From a bacterium (GTDB taxonomy: Bacteria; UBA8248): DNA of 64,000 nucleotides. The notes beneath the pieces are model-generated. The model saw only the letters and a program-made list of their open reading frames with translations. It made no database searches and was not told the DNA's origin. Below, piece after piece: positions 1 through 12,772 of this stretch. The position numbers were made by a program, and so were the translations under genes. The stretch lies in assembly GCA_965202625.1 (NCBI GenBank), contig CBDBBI010000010.1, positions 1,536,001-1,600,000 on the forward strand, written 5' to 3'. Position 1 is the first letter of the stretch; every line of letters begins with the position of its first letter.

Positions 1-34
1 GTCGAGCATGATGGCGGCGAGGGCATCCGGTCGC

Positions 35-928
35 TCAGGGCGTTCGGGAGTCCGTCCCGCACAGCAATTCCACAAAACGCTTCACGCCGCCTCGAGGCGG
101 CTTGTCGCGCCTGTGAATGAGGCCCACGGGGCGGATGACGCGCTCCCCCTCGAAGGGGAGGACGGCCAGCGTGTTCATGGCCCGTTCGTTATGGACGGCG
201 GAGCCGGGCAGGATGCTCACCCAGGCGTCGATGAAAAGCGCCTCCTTGATGCTCTCCACGTTGTCGAACTCCATGACGACGTCCACGTTCACGCTGGCCT
301 TGCGAAAGACGCGGTCTATCGCGTTGCGAATCGGGAGATCACCGTCGAACGCCACGAACGGCGCGCCCTCCAGGTCGGAGAGCCTCACCGCGTGGCGAAA
401 AGCCAGCTGATGGCCCGGATGGCTGACGAAGAACATGGGCTCCTCCCTGAAGGGCACCACCCTGAGCGCCTTGTCCCTCGGAGGGTAGGAGAGAACCCCC
501 ACGTCCGCGGTATCGTCCAGGACGGATTGCACCACCTTCTCCGGGTGCAGGCATTCCAGACGAAGCCGCGCCTGGGGATACCGGGCGCGAAACTTCTGCA
601 TGTAGGCGCCCATCTGATGAAGCCCCACCGAGTAGATGGCGGCGACGTGCACCTGGCCGTGCGCCTCGCCGATGCCGTGCGATATCTCGGAGCAAACCTG
701 ATCGAACTCTCCCAGCAGTTTCCGGCACGCCTCATAGAACCGGGCGCCCTCTTCGGTCACGTCGAACGGCCTTCTGCCTCTGTCGAGCAGCGCGACTTCC
801 AGATCCGCCTCAATCTGACGAATCGCCTGGCTCGCCGCAGACTGGGTGACGCCGCACTGCGCAGCGCCCTTTGAAAAACTTCTCTCCTGAACGACGCGAC
901 AATACATTCTGAGGGATTCGATGTTCAT
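35..928 (-). CDS. LysR-family transcriptional regulator, divergent from gltBD (GltC/CysL-like)
   Basis: N-terminal LysR HTH (SFSKGAAQCGVTQSAASQAIRQIE), 297 aa, divergent from gltB. Confidence 0.93.
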   Translation of the reverse strand: MNIESLRMYCRVVQERSFSKGAAQCGVTQSAASQAIRQIEADLEVALLDRGRRPFDVTEEGARFYEACRKLLGEFDQVCSEISHGIGEAHGQVHVAAIYSVGLHQMGAYMQKFRARYPQARLRLECLHPEKVVQSVLDDTADVGVLSYPPRDKALRVVPFREEPMFFVSHPGHQLAFRHAVRLSDLEGAPFVAFDGDLPIRNAIDRVFRKASVNVDVVMEFDNVESIKEALFIDAWVSILPGSAVHNERAMNTLAVLPFEGERVIRPVGLIHRRDKPPRGGVKRFVELLCGTDSRTP

Positions 929-945
929 GAACGAGAGATTACAGC

Positions 946-1011
946 ATAAATTTCTCTAATGCAATGTATTAGATATTTTAGTTTGCCTTATTTTTGACAG
1001 GGTGCTACACT
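946..1011 (+). promoter_or_regulatory. Two LysR-type boxes plus sigma70-like promoter for gltB
   Basis: ATAA-N7-TAAT (946-960) and ATTA-N7-TAGT (968-982), 22 bp apart; TTGCCT(983-988)-17 bp-TACACT(1006-1011). Confidence 0.7.
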
Positions 1012-1124
1012 TGCAGGGCGATTCCACAAATCGCGCGTTGTCCACGAGAAGCCTTCAGGAACCTCTTCGTCCAATGGGGGATCGAGGAGCGTTCCGAGAG
1101 ATTCTCTGAAAGAGAGCTGGCGAA

Positions 1125-4100
1125 ATGATGAGAAAACCCGCGCGAGAGCATGGGCTTTACGATCCCGCCTTGGAGCACGACGCCTGCGGCGTCGCCTTCA
1201 TCGTAGACGTCAAGGGGCGCAAATCCAACGAAATCGTCAAACAATCCCTCACCATCCTGCGCAACCTCGCCCACCGGGGGGCCACAGGCTCGGAGATCAA
1301 CACGGGCGACGGGGCGGGAATCCTGATGCAGCTGCCCGACAAGTTCCTGCGCAAGGTCTGCGAAGCGGAGAAATTCACGCTGCCCGAGGAGGGCCGCTAC
1401 GGTGTGGGCTCCGTGTTTCTTCCCAAGTCTCCGGATCAGGCGAATGAATGCGAGCAGATTTTCGAGTCCATCGTCCATGAGGAGGAGGCGGCGGTTCTCG
1501 GCTGGAGACCGGTGCCGAACGACCTCTCCTCGGTGGGGCCCACGGCCCGGGAAGGCGCGCCGCAATTCCGCCAGGTGTTCGTCGGCGGGTTTGACGAATC
1601 CCTGGACGGCATGGGGATAGAGCGCAGGCTCTACGTCATCAGAAAGCGCGCCGAACACGCCATACAGGAATCGGGGCTCAAGGACAGGGATGAATTTTTC
1701 ATTCCCTCGCTCTCCGCGCGCACGCTGATCTACAAGGGAATGCTCACCGTGAAGCAGCTCGAGAACGCATTTCCCGATCTCCAAGACCCCGACGTGGAAT
1801 CGGCCCTGGTGATGCTCCATTCGCGATTCTCCACCAACACGTTCCCCTCCTGGCCCCTGGCGCATCCGTATCGCTACACCGCCCACAACGGCGAGATCAA
1901 CACCCTGCGCGGCAACATCAACTGGATGCGCGCCCGGGAGGCGCTTTGCGCGTCTCCCCACCTGCCGGAGCTGGAAAAGATATTGCCCATCATCAACGAG
2001 GGCGGAAGCGACTCCGCCATCCTCGACAACGTGCTGGAATTTCTCTACATGGCCGGTCGGGAGATGCCGCACGCCTTGTTGATGATGATTCCAGAGCCGT
2101 GGGTGGGCCATGATTCCATGAGCGAGGAGCGCAAGGCGTTCTACGAGTTCCACGCCAGCCTGATGGAGCCCTGGGACGGCCCCGCCTGCCTCGCGTTCAC
2201 CGATGGCTCCGTCATCGGCGCGGTACTCGACAGAAACGGCCTGCGGCCCGCCAGATACTACCTCACGCACGACGATCTACTCATCATGGCGTCAGAGGTG
2301 GGCGTTCTCGACGTTCCGCCCGATAAGGTGAAGATCAAGGAGCGTCTCCATCCGGGGCGGATCCTGCTCGTGGACACGCGGGAGGGCCGCATCGTGGACG
2401 ATGAGGAAATCAAATCGCGCTACGCGGCCGCACACCCATACAAGGACTGGCTGGACGCCCATATGCTCCACCTGAACGAACTGCCCGACGCTCCGGAACT
2501 TCCCGAACCCGACCACCAGACCGTCCTCAAAAGACAGAAAATCTTCGGATACACCCAGGAGGACCTGCGATTTTTCATCGCCCCCATGGTGAACCAGAAA
2601 AACGACCCGACGGGCTCCATGGGCAACGACGCCGCACTCGCCGTTCTCTCGAATCGCCCCCGGCTTCTATACGATTATTTCAAGCAATTGTTCGCCCAGG
2701 TGACGAATCCACCCATCGACGCCATTCGCGAGGAAATCATCACGCAGATATCCTCTGCCATCGGGCCCGAGAAAAACCTGCTCGCACCCGGTCCGGATTC
2801 CTGCCATCACGTGAAGATCGACTCTCCGGTTCTCGGCAACGAGGATCTCTACAGGCTCGTCCACGTCAAGCAGCCGGGCCTGCGGGCCGTCCCCCTCCCC
2901 ATCCTCTTTCGGGCGGAAGACGGAGCGGCGGGCATGAGGGGGGCGATGGATAAATTGTGCAGAAAAGCCAGCCGGGCGATTGAGCAGGGCTACAGCTTCA
3001 TCGTCCTCTCGGATCGGGGCGTCTCGCAGGACTACGCCCCGATCCCTGCGCTGCTGGCCACCGCCGGCGTTCATCATCATCTGGTTCGTGAAGGAACCCG
3101 AACGCGCGTCGCCCTCCTCATCGAGACGGGAGAGGCGCGCCAGGTGCATCACATGTGCCTGCTGCTCGGCTTCGGGGCGGCGGCGATCAACCCGTATCTC
3201 GCCTTCGAGACCATCGACGACATGATTCGAACCGGGCTCCTCAAGAACGTCGACCACGATACGGCCAGCCGAAACTACGTCGCCGCCCTCAACAAGGGCA
3301 TCCTCAAAGTGATGTCGAAGATGGGCATTTCGACCATCCAGTCCTACCGGGGCGCCCAGATATTCGAGGCCATCGGACTCAAGCGGGACTTCGTGAAAAA
3401 GTATTTCACCCGGACGGTCTCGCGCATCGGCGGAATCGGCATCGACGGCGTGGCCGAGGAAACCCTGGAGCGGCTTCGCAGCGCCTTTCCGAAGCGGTCC
3501 GCAGGCTTCCGGGAGCTCGAGGGAGGCGGGGACATCCAATGGCGCAGGGACGGCGAATTTCACCTGTTCAACCCCGAGACCGTGTTCAAGCTCCAGCACT
3601 CCACGATGTCGGGGCGATACGAAATTTTCAAGGAATACACGGACAAGGTCGACAACCAGAACAGGCACCTCGCCACGCTGCGCGGCCTTCTGAAACTGCG
3701 GCCGGCGAGGAACGCCGTCCCTCTTGATGAGGTGGAGCCGGCCGAGGAGATCATGAAGCGCTTCAGCACGGGCGGAATGTCCTACGGCGCCTTGAGCTCG
3801 GAGGCGCACGAGGCGCTCGCCGTGGCGCTCAACCGCATCGGCGGCAAATCCAACTCAGGCGAGGGCGGAGAGGACGCGAGCCGCTACGCGCCGGATGCGA
3901 ACGGCGACCTCAGACGAAGCGCGGTCCATCAGGTCGCGTCGGGACGCTTCGGCGTGACGAGCGAGTATCTGGTCAACTGCACCGACCTGCAAATCAAAAT
4001 GGCCCAGGGCGCCAAGCCCGGCGAGGGCGGCCAGCTCCCCGGCCACAAGGTCTATCCCTGGATAGCCAAGACGAGGCACTCCACCCCTGGAGTGGGCCTC

Positions 4101-5684
4101 ATCTCGCCCCCGCCCCATCACGACATTTATTCGATTGAGGATTTGGCCCAGCTCATATACGACCTCAAGAACGCCAACCCCAGAGCGAACGTTCACGTCA
4201 AGCTCGTCTCCGAGGTGGGCGTCGGCACCGTGGCGGCGGGAGTCGCCAAGGCCCGGGCCGACACCATCCTCATATCGGGCCACGACGGCGGAACCGGCGC
4301 GTCTCCCATCACCAGCATCCTCCACGCGGGCACCCCCTGGGAGCTGGGACTGGCGGAAACGCAGCAGGTGCTCGTGCTCAACAGGCTGCGGGACCGGGTG
4401 GCACTACAGGTGGACGGACAGATGAAAACGGGGCGAGACGTCATCGTGGGCGCGCTCCTGGGAGCCGATGAGTTCGGTTTCTCCACCGCGCCGCTCGTCG
4501 TCATGGGCTGCATCATGATGCGCGTATGCCATCTGAACACGTGCCCCGTCGGCATCGCGTCCCAGGATCCGAAGCTGCGGGAGAAATTCGCCGGAAAGCC
4601 CGAGTTCGTCGAGAATTTCTTCCGCTTCGTCGCTGATGAGGCGAGAGAATACATGGCCCGGCTCGGCTTTCGCACGATGGACGAGATGATCGGGCGCGTG
4701 GACAGGCTGGACGCGAGAAAAGCGGTGGACCACTGGAAGGCGAAGGGGCTCGACTTCTCCCCCATCCTCCACAAGCCGGACGCCGGGCGCGACGCGGCGA
4801 TTCGCCACACCTCCACGCAGGACCACAGACTGGAACGCTCGCTCGACATGCGGGAGCTGCTGCCCAGATGCAAGGAAGCGATTGCGAACAAGACGCCGAT
4901 CTCCTTCACGCTCCCCATCCGCAACACCCACAGAACCGTCGGCACCATCACGGGCGCAGAGGTGACGCGCACACACGGGGCGGAGGGATTGCCGGAGGAC
5001 ACCATCCAGATGCACTTCACCGGCTCCGCCGGCCAGAGCTTCGGCGCGTTCATTCCGAGGGGGATGACCATGACGCTGGAGGGAGACGCCAACGACTACA
5101 CGGGAAAGGGACTCTCGGGCGGAAAACTGGCGGCGTATCCCCCCAGGGAGTCGGGCTTCGCGCCGGAGGAGAACATCATCATCGGGAACGTGGCGCTCTT
5201 CGGCGCCACGTCGGGAGAGGCGTATTTTCGGGGGGTGGCGGGAGAGCGTTTCTGCGTCCGAAACAGCGGTGCCCACACGGTGGTGGAAGGCGTGGGAGAC
5301 CACGGCTGCGAATATATGACGGGAGGCCGCGTGGTCGTCCTGGGGAAGACGGGAAGGAACTTCGCCGCGGGAATGTCGGGAGGCGTCGCCTACGTTCTGG
5401 ACGAGGAGGGCGACTTCGCCAGGCGCTGCAACACGGAAATGGCGGACGTCGAACGCCTGAGCGCGCCGGACGACGTCGAGGAGTTGAAAAGCCTCATCGA
5501 GAAGCACGCAGCTCACACGGGAAGCGCCCGGGCGCGGGAGATTCTCGCCGCGTGGGACGCGCGCCGGCCCCGGTTCGCAAAGGTGATGCCCCGAGACTAC
5601 AAGCGCGCGCTCACGGCGATGGAGGAGGCGAAGGCGCGAGGCGTCTCATGGGAGGAGGCCGTCATGGAGGGGGCGCATGGGTAA
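1125..5684 (+). CDS. gltB: Glutamate synthase large subunit
   Basis: EHDACGV Ntn-amidotransferase start, [35 protein letters not shown]-terminal GXGXG repeats; 1519 aa. Confidence 0.98.
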   Translation: MMRKPAREHGLYDPALEHDACGVAFIVDVKGRKSNEIVKQSLTILRNLAHRGATGSEINTGDGAGILMQLPDKFLRKVCEAEKFTLPEEGRYGVGSVFLPKSPDQANECEQIFESIVHEEEAAVLGWRPVPNDLSSVGPTAREGAPQFRQVFVGGFDESLDGMGIERRLYVIRKRAEHAIQESGLKDRDEFFIPSLSARTLIYKGMLTVKQLENAFPDLQDPDVESALVMLHSRFSTNTFPSWPLAHPYRYTAHNGEINTLRGNINWMRAREALCASPHLPELEKILPIINEGGSDSAILDNVLEFLYMAGREMPHALLMMIPEPWVGHDSMSEERKAFYEFHASLMEPWDGPACLAFTDGSVIGAVLDRNGLRPARYYLTHDDLLIMASEVGVLDVPPDKVKIKERLHPGRILLVDTREGRIVDDEEIKSRYAAAHPYKDWLDAHMLHLNELPDAPELPEPDHQTVLKRQKIFGYTQEDLRFFIAPMVNQKNDPTGSMGNDAALAVLSNRPRLLYDYFKQLFAQVTNPPIDAIREEIITQISSAIGPEKNLLAPGPDSCHHVKIDSPVLGNEDLYRLVHVKQPGLRAVPLPILFRAEDGAAGMRGAMDKLCRKASRAIEQGYSFIVLSDRGVSQDYAPIPALLATAGVHHHLVREGTRTRVALLIETGEARQVHHMCLLLGFGAAAINPYLAFETIDDMIRTGLLKNVDHDTASRNYVAALNKGILKVMSKMGISTIQSYRGAQIFEAIGLKRDFVKKYFTRTVSRIGGIGIDGVAEETLERLRSAFPKRSAGFRELEGGGDIQWRRDGEFHLFNPETVFKLQHSTMSGRYEIFKEYTDKVDNQNRHLATLRGLLKLRPARNAVPLDEVEPAEEIMKRFSTGGMSYGALSSEAHEALAVALNRIGGKSNSGEGGEDASRYAPDANGDLRRSAVHQVASGRFGVTSEYLVNCTDLQIKMAQGAKPGEGGQLPGHKVYPWIAKTRHSTPGVGLISPPPHHDIYSIEDLAQLIYDLKNANPRANVHVKLVSEVGVGTVAAGVAKARADTILISGHDGGTGASPITSILHAGTPWELGLAETQQVLVLNRLRDRVALQVDGQMKTGRDVIVGALLGADEFGFSTAPLVVMGCIMMRVCHLNTCPVGIASQDPKLREKFAGKPEFVENFFRFVADEAREYMARLGFRTMDEMIGRVDRLDARKAVDHWKAKGLDFSPILHKPDAGRDAAIRHTSTQDHRLERSLDMRELLPRCKEAIANKTPISFTLPIRNTHRTVGTITGAEVTRTHGAEGLPEDTIQMHFTGSAGQSFGAFIPRGMTMTLEGDANDYTGKGLSGGKLAAYPPRESGFAPEENIIIGNVALFGATSGEAYFRGVAGERFCVRNSGAHTVVEGVGDHGCEYMTGGRVVVLGKTGRNFAAGMSGGVAYVLDEEGDFARRCNTEMADVERLSAPDDVEELKSLIEKHAAHTGSARAREILAAWDARRPRFAKVMPRDYKRALTAMEEAKARGVSWEEAVMEGAHG

Positions 5685-7128
5685 GCCTACGGGATTCGTG
5701 GAATTTGGCCGGGAAGCGCCCCGAATGCGCTCCGTGCACGAGCGCGTCCACGACTGGAACGTGGTCTATCTCCCCACGCCCGACGAGACGCTTCGGCGCC
5801 AGGGCGCAAGGTGCATGGACTGCGGCATCCCCTTCTGCCATCAAGGATGCCCGCTGGGAAACCTGATTCCGGACTGGAACGACCTCGTCTATCAGGATTT
5901 GTGGAAAGAGGCGATTGATCGGCTCCACGCGACGAACAACTTTCCCGAGTTCACCGGCTGGCTCTGCCCGGCGCCCTGCGAGGACGCTTGCGTCCTCACG
6001 ATCAACGACGCGCCGGTGACGATCAAGGAAATCGAAAAATCCATCATCGAGCACGCCTTCGGCGAGGGATGGGTGAGGGCGAGCCCGCCCGAGACGCGAA
6101 CCGGCAAAAAAATCGCCGTCGTCGGCTCAGGCCCGGCGGGGCTCGCCGCGGCCCAGCAGCTCAACCGGGCGGGACACGGCGTCACCGTGTTCGAGCGAGA
6201 CGACAAGCTCGGCGGACTCATGCGCTACGGGATACCGGACTTCAAGATGGACAAGGCCTACATTGACCGGCGCACGCGGCAGATGGAGGAGGAGGGGGTG
6301 GCGTTTCAGGTGAACGCGAACGTGGGCGTGAACCCGAAGGCGTCCGACCTGCGGGAGGAGTTCGACGCCATCGTGCTTGCCGCCGGCGCCTTGCTGCACA
6401 GGGATTTGCCGATTCCGGGGCGCGGGATGGCGGGCATTCATTTCGGCATGGAATACCTCGTCATGCAGAACCGCAAGCTCGCGGGCGAGGACGTCGCGGA
6501 TGAGGAGTTCATCACCGCCCGGAACAAGCACGTGGTCGTCATCGGCGGCGGCGATACGGGCGCCGACTGCGTGGGTACCGCGCACAGACAGGGGGCGAGG
6601 TCCGTCCGGCAGTTCCAGTATCATCCGCGCCCTCCGGATAAAAGAGACCCTTTAAGCGACCCCTGGCCGAACTACGCGCACATTTTCCGCACCGCGCCGA
6701 TGTATGAAGAGGGCGGCGAGCGCATCTTTCAGATTCAGACCCGCCGGTTTCTGGGCGAGGGGGGCCGCGTCAAAAAAATCGACACCGTGCGGGTGAATGA
6801 AGACGAGGATGAGAGCGGAAAACCCGTATTCACCCAGATTCCGGGCTCGGAGGAGGAAATTGACGCGGATCTCGTCCTCATCGCCACCGGCTTTCAGGGG
6901 CCCGATTGCCATCCGCTTCTCGACGAACTGGCACTGGAACGCACCGAGCACGGTGCGGTGCGCCGCGACGAGAGATGGATGACGAGCGCGCCCGGCGTCT
7001 TCGTGGCGGGCGACATGATGCGGGGCGCGTCCCTGGTGGTCTGGGCGATCGCGGACGGGCGATCTTGTGCCCGCGCCGTGGACGAATACCTGATGGGAGA
7101 ATCTCTCCTGCACGCGCCGCTGGAGTAA
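5677..7128 (+). CDS. gltD: Glutamate synthase small subunit
   Basis: [36 protein letters not shown]; overlaps the gltB stop. Confidence 0.97.
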   Translation: MGKPTGFVEFGREAPRMRSVHERVHDWNVVYLPTPDETLRRQGARCMDCGIPFCHQGCPLGNLIPDWNDLVYQDLWKEAIDRLHATNNFPEFTGWLCPAPCEDACVLTINDAPVTIKEIEKSIIEHAFGEGWVRASPPETRTGKKIAVVGSGPAGLAAAQQLNRAGHGVTVFERDDKLGGLMRYGIPDFKMDKAYIDRRTRQMEEEGVAFQVNANVGVNPKASDLREEFDAIVLAAGALLHRDLPIPGRGMAGIHFGMEYLVMQNRKLAGEDVADEEFITARNKHVVVIGGGDTGADCVGTAHRQGARSVRQFQYHPRPPDKRDPLSDPWPNYAHIFRTAPMYEEGGERIFQIQTRRFLGEGGRVKKIDTVRVNEDEDESGKPVFTQIPGSEEEIDADLVLIATGFQGPDCHPLLDELALERTEHGAVRRDERWMTSAPGVFVAGDMMRGASLVVWAIADGRSCARAVDEYLMGESLLHAPLE

Positions 7129-7164
7129 ATAAAGTCGAACCCACGCCACAATGCTTCAAAGAAA

Positions 7165-8637
7165 TCACAAAGATTGTCTCCACAATTCCAATCCGATGAC
7201 CAACGATTCCTCAACCCACAACTTGAATCTTTCTCCAAGAACATCTTCATCATCCAGATAGTTGAACTGAAAAATGTCATTACAAGAGGGCGCCAGTCGA
7301 ACAAATTCTTCTTTCGGGCTACCGCTCGCTGCCTTCACAAAGAAGGTGCCAGAACAAACCATTATCCCGCGAAATTCTTGGCCATATTGATGAAACGAGA
7401 ACAACAAAGTAGTTTTTTCATTATTTTCATTGCTAATTTGCAATGTATTCCATGCTCGATGGGCATTTAGACTAGACCAGTATTTCATTTTCCTGGCAGT
7501 ATCAACTATTTCTGCCTTATAATAATAAGAGATTCTATCCCCATCTTTCGCTTCAAGGCACCAAGCGTAATAACCTAGGTCCAACTTCCCCAATTCACAG
7601 TTCACCTCGTCTCTAGTCTTATTCAGCGTACTGGAAAGATTTGATTGTAATTTCTGCGCAAGTTCAAAAACACGTTTCATTTTCTCAACTTGCTCTTCTT
7701 TTCTTTTCTTGAGCTTCTCTCCCGCCGCTTCAATGATGGATAAAACCGGCCGTAGTCCTGCAACTTCATGAACAAGATGGAGTGCAGACAACAGACTCTT
7801 TTTTTGGCACTCCGATATAAAATTAACAAGACGAGAGAGGTCTCCCAAATCAGATTTCCTCAAAAAATCCAAATACTGACTTCTTGAATCATTTGGTATC
7901 ACAACCGGAAAAAGTCCTTTTCTTAAAAAAATCAAATTCACAATGGTCCTGGCAACCCGGCCGTTCCCATCCTGAAAAGGATGAATCTGGGTAAAACGGT
8001 GGTGCATCCATGCCGCAGCAACCTCCGTTGGCACATTTTGCGATGAATGTTTTTGATGTATTTCACACAGACGATCCATTTCAGAGGCGACATGCTCTGG
8101 GGGACAATACTCATAAAAAGTTCCATCTTCGGTGACAGGATTATTGGACTGGCGCTTCCAGTCACCTTTTCTCAGCTCAATCTCAACTGGCCGCCCCATT
8201 CCATCAACAGCCGAAACATACTTTTGAGATCTCATGAGAGCCGCGTGAAGTTCTTTGATATACCCAGTCGTCAATTGGCGATTTTGGGCGACAAAATCCA
8301 TTAAGCCATCATATACATTTGCATGGTCTCTTAAAAAATGAACTACTTCTTGCGGGGATTTATCTGTACTGCCCCTTGGAATAAGATCAGAGTTCAAGCC
8401 GTGCTCAATCAGCAATTGCGTCGTCCCCCGATCAATCGTATAAACGCGTTCGATAACTCCCGTTTCAATTGCCCATCTTCTTTTTAATTTTTCGTTAAAT
8501 TCTTTAAGAGTTTCCGTTTCTTCTAAAGAACCCTTTTGCTCTTTCCAAAGGCCAGACAAACTTTTCAACTCTTCACTAGCCATGTCTCGCCAGTTCGCCG
8601 GCAAATCTTCAATAGGATTCCATTTGTATCCAGACAT
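7165..8637 (-). CDS. Fic-domain protein with long C-terminal extension
   Basis: Canonical [12 protein letters not shown] motif; visibly AT-rich relative to flanks. Confidence 0.9.
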   Translation of the reverse strand: MSGYKWNPIEDLPANWRDMASEELKSLSGLWKEQKGSLEETETLKEFNEKLKRRWAIETGVIERVYTIDRGTTQLLIEHGLNSDLIPRGSTDKSPQEVVHFLRDHANVYDGLMDFVAQNRQLTTGYIKELHAALMRSQKYVSAVDGMGRPVEIELRKGDWKRQSNNPVTEDGTFYEYCPPEHVASEMDRLCEIHQKHSSQNVPTEVAAAWMHHRFTQIHPFQDGNGRVARTIVNLIFLRKGLFPVVIPNDSRSQYLDFLRKSDLGDLSRLVNFISECQKKSLLSALHLVHEVAGLRPVLSIIEAAGEKLKKRKEEQVEKMKRVFELAQKLQSNLSSTLNKTRDEVNCELGKLDLGYYAWCLEAKDGDRISYYYKAEIVDTARKMKYWSSLNAHRAWNTLQISNENNEKTTLLFSFHQYGQEFRGIMVCSGTFFVKAASGSPKEEFVRLAPSCNDIFQFNYLDDEDVLGERFKLWVEESLVIGLELWRQSL

Positions 8638-8768
8638 ATACGGCTCCTTCGGCCTCTCTTACATCTGAAATAGAACGGAAATGACGTGATTTTCAACCCA
8701 TGAAGGGAGTCGACAGGAATTCAAACGTCCATCAGCACGGCGGCGGACGATTTAGTATCTTGGAAAAC

Positions 8769-9647
8769 CTATCTGTGCCAGCCCAGCCTCTCGGCAATCT
8801 GCAAGAGGATGTCAGCGCGGTTGAGCGCGTAGACGTGAAAATGCCGGACGCCCATCTCCATGAGCGCCTGCATCTGGGCCGCGGCGAGATCTGCGGATTT
8901 CTCCCGAAAAGCCTCCGGATCGTCCTCGTAGGGCGCGAGGGCGTCAACGATGCGCGGCGGAACACTCGCCCCGCACTTCTCGGCGAAGCGCTGTGCCTGG
9001 GCCACGTTCCGGATGGGCAGGATGCCGGGCGCTAAGCCGATGCGCACGCCCCGCCTGCTCGTCTCCTCCATGAAACGCTCCCAGACCTGGGCCTCAAAAA
9101 AGAATTGGGAAGCCGCGTAATCCGCCCCCTCGTCCACCTTCTGGACGAAATAGTCCATGTCCTTGGCCCTATCCGGCGTCTCGGGGTGTCCTTCGGGGTA
9201 GCAGGCCACACCTATGGAGGAGAGGCCGTCGAGACGCCTGAGCCACCGCACGAGGTCGGCGGCGTGGCAAAACCCTCCGGCGACGGCCTCCTCCCGCGTC
9301 ATGCCATCCGGAACGTCTCCTCGAAGCGCCAGAACGTCGCGCATCCCGTTTTCGATATAGGAGGAGGTGAGGCGCGAGATTTCCTCCTCATCAGCGCCCA
9401 CGCACGTGAGATGCGCCACCACGCGCTCCGGATAGCGCGCGGAGAGCGCGAGCACCAGCTCCAGCGTGCCCTCCCGCGTGGAGCCGCCCGCCCCGTAGGT
9501 CACCGAGGTGAAGGCGACCTCCATCGCGCCCTGAATCGCCTCCATCTCGCGCAGGGCGCGCTCTACCGCCTTGCGGCCCTTGGGCGGATACAGCTCGACC
9601 GAGACGCTCACGTCTGGAGAGGAGATGCTCTCGATAATCGCTGACAA
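8769..9647 (-). CDS. metF: 5,10-methylenetetrahydrofolate reductase
   Basis: SVELYPPK, SVTYGAGGSTR, AHLTCV, LALRGD, YPEGHPE, SQFFF. Confidence 0.95.
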   Translation of the reverse strand: MSAIIESISSPDVSVSVELYPPKGRKAVERALREMEAIQGAMEVAFTSVTYGAGGSTREGTLELVLALSARYPERVVAHLTCVGADEEEISRLTSSYIENGMRDVLALRGDVPDGMTREEAVAGGFCHAADLVRWLRRLDGLSSIGVACYPEGHPETPDRAKDMDYFVQKVDEGADYAASQFFFEAQVWERFMEETSRRGVRIGLAPGILPIRNVAQAQRFAEKCGASVPPRIVDALAPYEDDPEAFREKSADLAAAQMQALMEMGVRHFHVYALNRADILLQIAERLGWHR

Positions 9648-9813
9648 TGCACGACCCTTCGGCGGCGACGCGGTGCGGGCGTCGCGGAAATGAGAGACGT
9701 CAAAACCGTAAAATCAGAACTTTACAAGTCCAAACTCTCCTTGGACGGAAGCGCTGTATGAAAGAAATCGGCATGAAGAATGGATCATGTCGATCCAGTG
9801 CATCATCGCACCT

Positions 9814-9849
9814 AAAAAACGGGTGCGGGGCGAATCCGCCCCGCACCCG
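9814..9849 (-). terminator. Rho-independent terminator of the sod-prx operon
   Basis: 13-bp GC stem CGGGTGCGGGGCG/CGCCCCGCACCCG followed by T6 on the minus strand. Confidence 0.85.
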
Positions 9850-9867
9850 CAAACGCCAAAAAGGGGA

Positions 9868-10332
9868 CTAGCCCAAACTTTCAAGCGCCGCAAACAGTTC
9901 GTCGTCGTCGGGCCTCTCGGGCGGGGCGGCCGTCACCTCCACGTAGGCGACCTTCCCCTCCTTGTTGACGAGAATCACCGCGCGGTTGCTAAAACCCTTC
10001 TCGTTCAGCAGCCCGTAGGCCGCGCACGTCTTCTTGCCGAAAAAATCGCTCAGCAGCGGAAACTCGATTCCGTATTTCTCCGCCCATGCCGCGTGCGCGA
10101 ACGGGCTGTCCACGCTGATGCCGAGAATCTCGCACTCGGCGTCGTCGAATTTCTCCTTCGCCGCCTGATAGGCGGGCAGCTGCTCGCTGCACACGGAGGA
10201 GAAGTCGAACGGATAGAAGCACAAAAGAACGTTTTTCTTTCCGCGATAACCGCTCAGTTTGACGGTGTCGCCCTCCGCCAGGGTTCTCGGCAGTTCAAAG
10301 TCGGGCGCCGCGTCGCCTACGCTTAGCGTCAT
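9868..10332 (-). CDS. Peroxiredoxin (AhpC/TSA, AhpE-like)
   Basis: [22 protein letters not shown] peroxidatic motif, ISVDS, FPLLSDF; start set at MTLSVG. Confidence 0.9.
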   Translation of the reverse strand: MTLSVGDAAPDFELPRTLAEGDTVKLSGYRGKKNVLLCFYPFDFSSVCSEQLPAYQAAKEKFDDAECEILGISVDSPFAHAAWAEKYGIEFPLLSDFFGKKTCAAYGLLNEKGFSNRAVILVNKEGKVAYVEVTAAPPERPDDDELFAALESLG

Positions 10333-10346
10333 GAGCTCGCCCTCCC

Positions 10347-10934
<588 letters not shown>

Positions 10935-11051
10935 TTTGTCTTCTCCTCAATAGGAATGGAAGGCTTCTGTCGTTTGGCTGTAAAGGGTCGGGCGAACGCT
11001 CAAGAGAACGCCCCGCACGTTTTACGCTTCCGGATTGCGCAACGAGGTCGT

Positions 11052-11080
11052 ATTCTATGAAAGAGCGCATCGTGCGTCAA
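11052..11080 (-). promoter_or_regulatory. sigma70-like promoter for sod
   Basis: TTGACG-17 bp-TAGAAT on the minus strand. Confidence 0.7.
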
Positions 11081-11114
11081 ACCCGATTCTGCGGATGGAG
11101 CGGTGCCCACGCCC

Positions 11115-12014
11115 CTAGTCGGGCGTCTGCGTCTGATGAATTTCATCGAAATGCCGGTAGAGCAGGGACATGTCCTCCTCCATCATCCCCCGCGCGACGG
11201 CTTTCCTCAAAAACGAGCGCGTCTGCTCGGCCAGGGGCACGTCCGCCCCGCGCTCCCTCCCCATGTCGACGGCGATGCCGACGTCCTTTTGCAGGTTGTA
11301 GACGCGCGCCTGCGCGTTCCACTCCCCGGAGAGGATGTTGTTCGGAAAGCGGTGGCGGCTGGCGTAGCTGTAGGCGGTGGAGACGTTGAAGACGTCGATC
11401 ATATCCTCCACACGCATCCCCAGCCGCTCGACCAGGCGCGCTCCCTCGCAGGTCGCCAGAAACATTGTGTGAAGCACCATGTTGTGAACGAGTTTCATGG
11501 CGTGGCCGGAGCCTTGCGGACCCAGGTGAAAGACGTTCTCGACGAAGGGTTCGAGATATTTTCTCGTTCGCCGGAGGAGTTTCGCGTCCCCGCCGATCAT
11601 GAGGGTCAGGTTCCCCGCCAGGACGCCCGCCGGCCCCCCGCTCATGCCCGCGTCGAGATACCCCAGGCCCGCGCGCGCGGCACGGCGCGCCAGGCGCCTC
11701 GTCTCGGCCGGATCGGAAGTCGTCAGATCATAGACGACCAGCCCCTTTCGCGCGTTTCGCAGCAATCCCCCCTTGCCCCGAAAGCATTCCCCGATCTCAC
11801 GGGAGGAGGGCACGACGAAGAAGACGACCGCGCAGGATTTCGCCATATCTCCGGGCGTCTCGATGGAGACGCCGCTCGTTCTCCCGAACGGCCGGCGCGC
11901 CGCCTCGGAGACGTCCCAGAGGCACAAGGGGGTTTTCGCCCCGATGAGCCTTCGCGCCACCGGGCCTCCCATGCGCCCCAAGCCGACGACGCCTACCCTC
12001 GCCCCTCTCGCCAT
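11115..12014 (-). CDS. NAD(P)-dependent beta-hydroxyacid dehydrogenase (3-hydroxyisobutyrate DH family)
   Basis: GVVGLGRMG, LDAGMSGG, GSGHAMKLVHN, KDVGIA. Confidence 0.88.
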   Translation of the reverse strand: MARGARVGVVGLGRMGGPVARRLIGAKTPLCLWDVSEAARRPFGRTSGVSIETPGDMAKSCAVVFFVVPSSREIGECFRGKGGLLRNARKGLVVYDLTTSDPAETRRLARRAARAGLGYLDAGMSGGPAGVLAGNLTLMIGGDAKLLRRTRKYLEPFVENVFHLGPQGSGHAMKLVHNMVLHTMFLATCEGARLVERLGMRVEDMIDVFNVSTAYSYASRHRFPNNILSGEWNAQARVYNLQKDVGIAVDMGRERGADVPLAEQTRSFLRKAVARGMMEEDMSLLYRHFDEIHQTQTPD

Positions 12015-12060
12015 TCGGACACCTCAGGGGGGATTATCCGCGGAAAGGATTTTTATGGAA

Positions 12061-12137
12061 TGGAGCCGACGACCGGACTTGAACCGGTGACCTGCTGATT
12101 ACGAATCAGCTGCTCTACCTATCTGAGCTACGTCGGC
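12061..12137 (-). tRNA. tRNA-Thr(CGT)
   Basis: GCCGACGTAGCTCAG...CTGATTCGTAATCAG...GGTTCAAGTCC...GTCGGCTCCA cloverleaf with encoded CCA. Confidence 0.96.
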
Positions 12138-12262
12138 CCATGCGGAGCCTGCGGTGCTCGCGCGGTGGTATTCAACACGCGCAACCCGCCTCCGTCAAGC
12201 CGAGAGGGAGCGAACGCGCCAGAGACGAGAGATTCCCGCCCACCGGACTTTCGTTTCCAGGG

Positions 12263-12291
12263 TTGACTTCCAGTGCCGCTCGGCGTAAATC
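12263..12291 (+). promoter_or_regulatory. sigma70-like promoter for tRNA-Lys
   Basis: TTGACT-17 bp-TAAATC just upstream of the tRNA. Confidence 0.55.
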
Positions 12292-12304
12292 TCATGTTTC
12301 TTTT

Positions 12305-12380
<76 letters not shown>

Positions 12381-12772
12381 CGAATCGCCCCAGACCTCGT
12401 TTGGGTTCCGCATCATTCTATGGACGGCCGGGGGGTCGCCGGCGAGCGGGGATGAACGCACGGAACGCGGACAAATCATGGAGAGAGCGAACGTGGGCAT
12501 CCCCATCCGGGCGACTTCGCGCGGCCTGCATAAAGGAGGACAGGGCGGAATGCGTCGACGCGATGTCGGCCATGAGAATCGGTGCGCGGGTACGCACAAG
12601 CCGGCATCCGCCGCCGGACCGGCGGAGCACAGCATCTTTCATGGGTTCTCCTCCTCAAGAAAGTCCTCGCAACCTATCAGGAAGTCGGACGTGAAAAGAA
12701 CCCGGACATGCACGATCAACCGGCCTCTGGATATTCACCCTCTTCTCCCCTAACCTTTATTGTTTATTGCGA

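Noticed and set aside
1005-5866. Many long antisense or alternate-frame ORFs over gltB (and similarly over acnA, dxs, fumC and others)
   Set aside because: Shadow ORFs expected in high-GC coding DNA; no motifs, and they fully overlap confident genes
9648-9810. SAM/SAH riboswitch upstream of metF
   Set aside because: No recognisable SAM-I, SAM-II or SAH consensus elements
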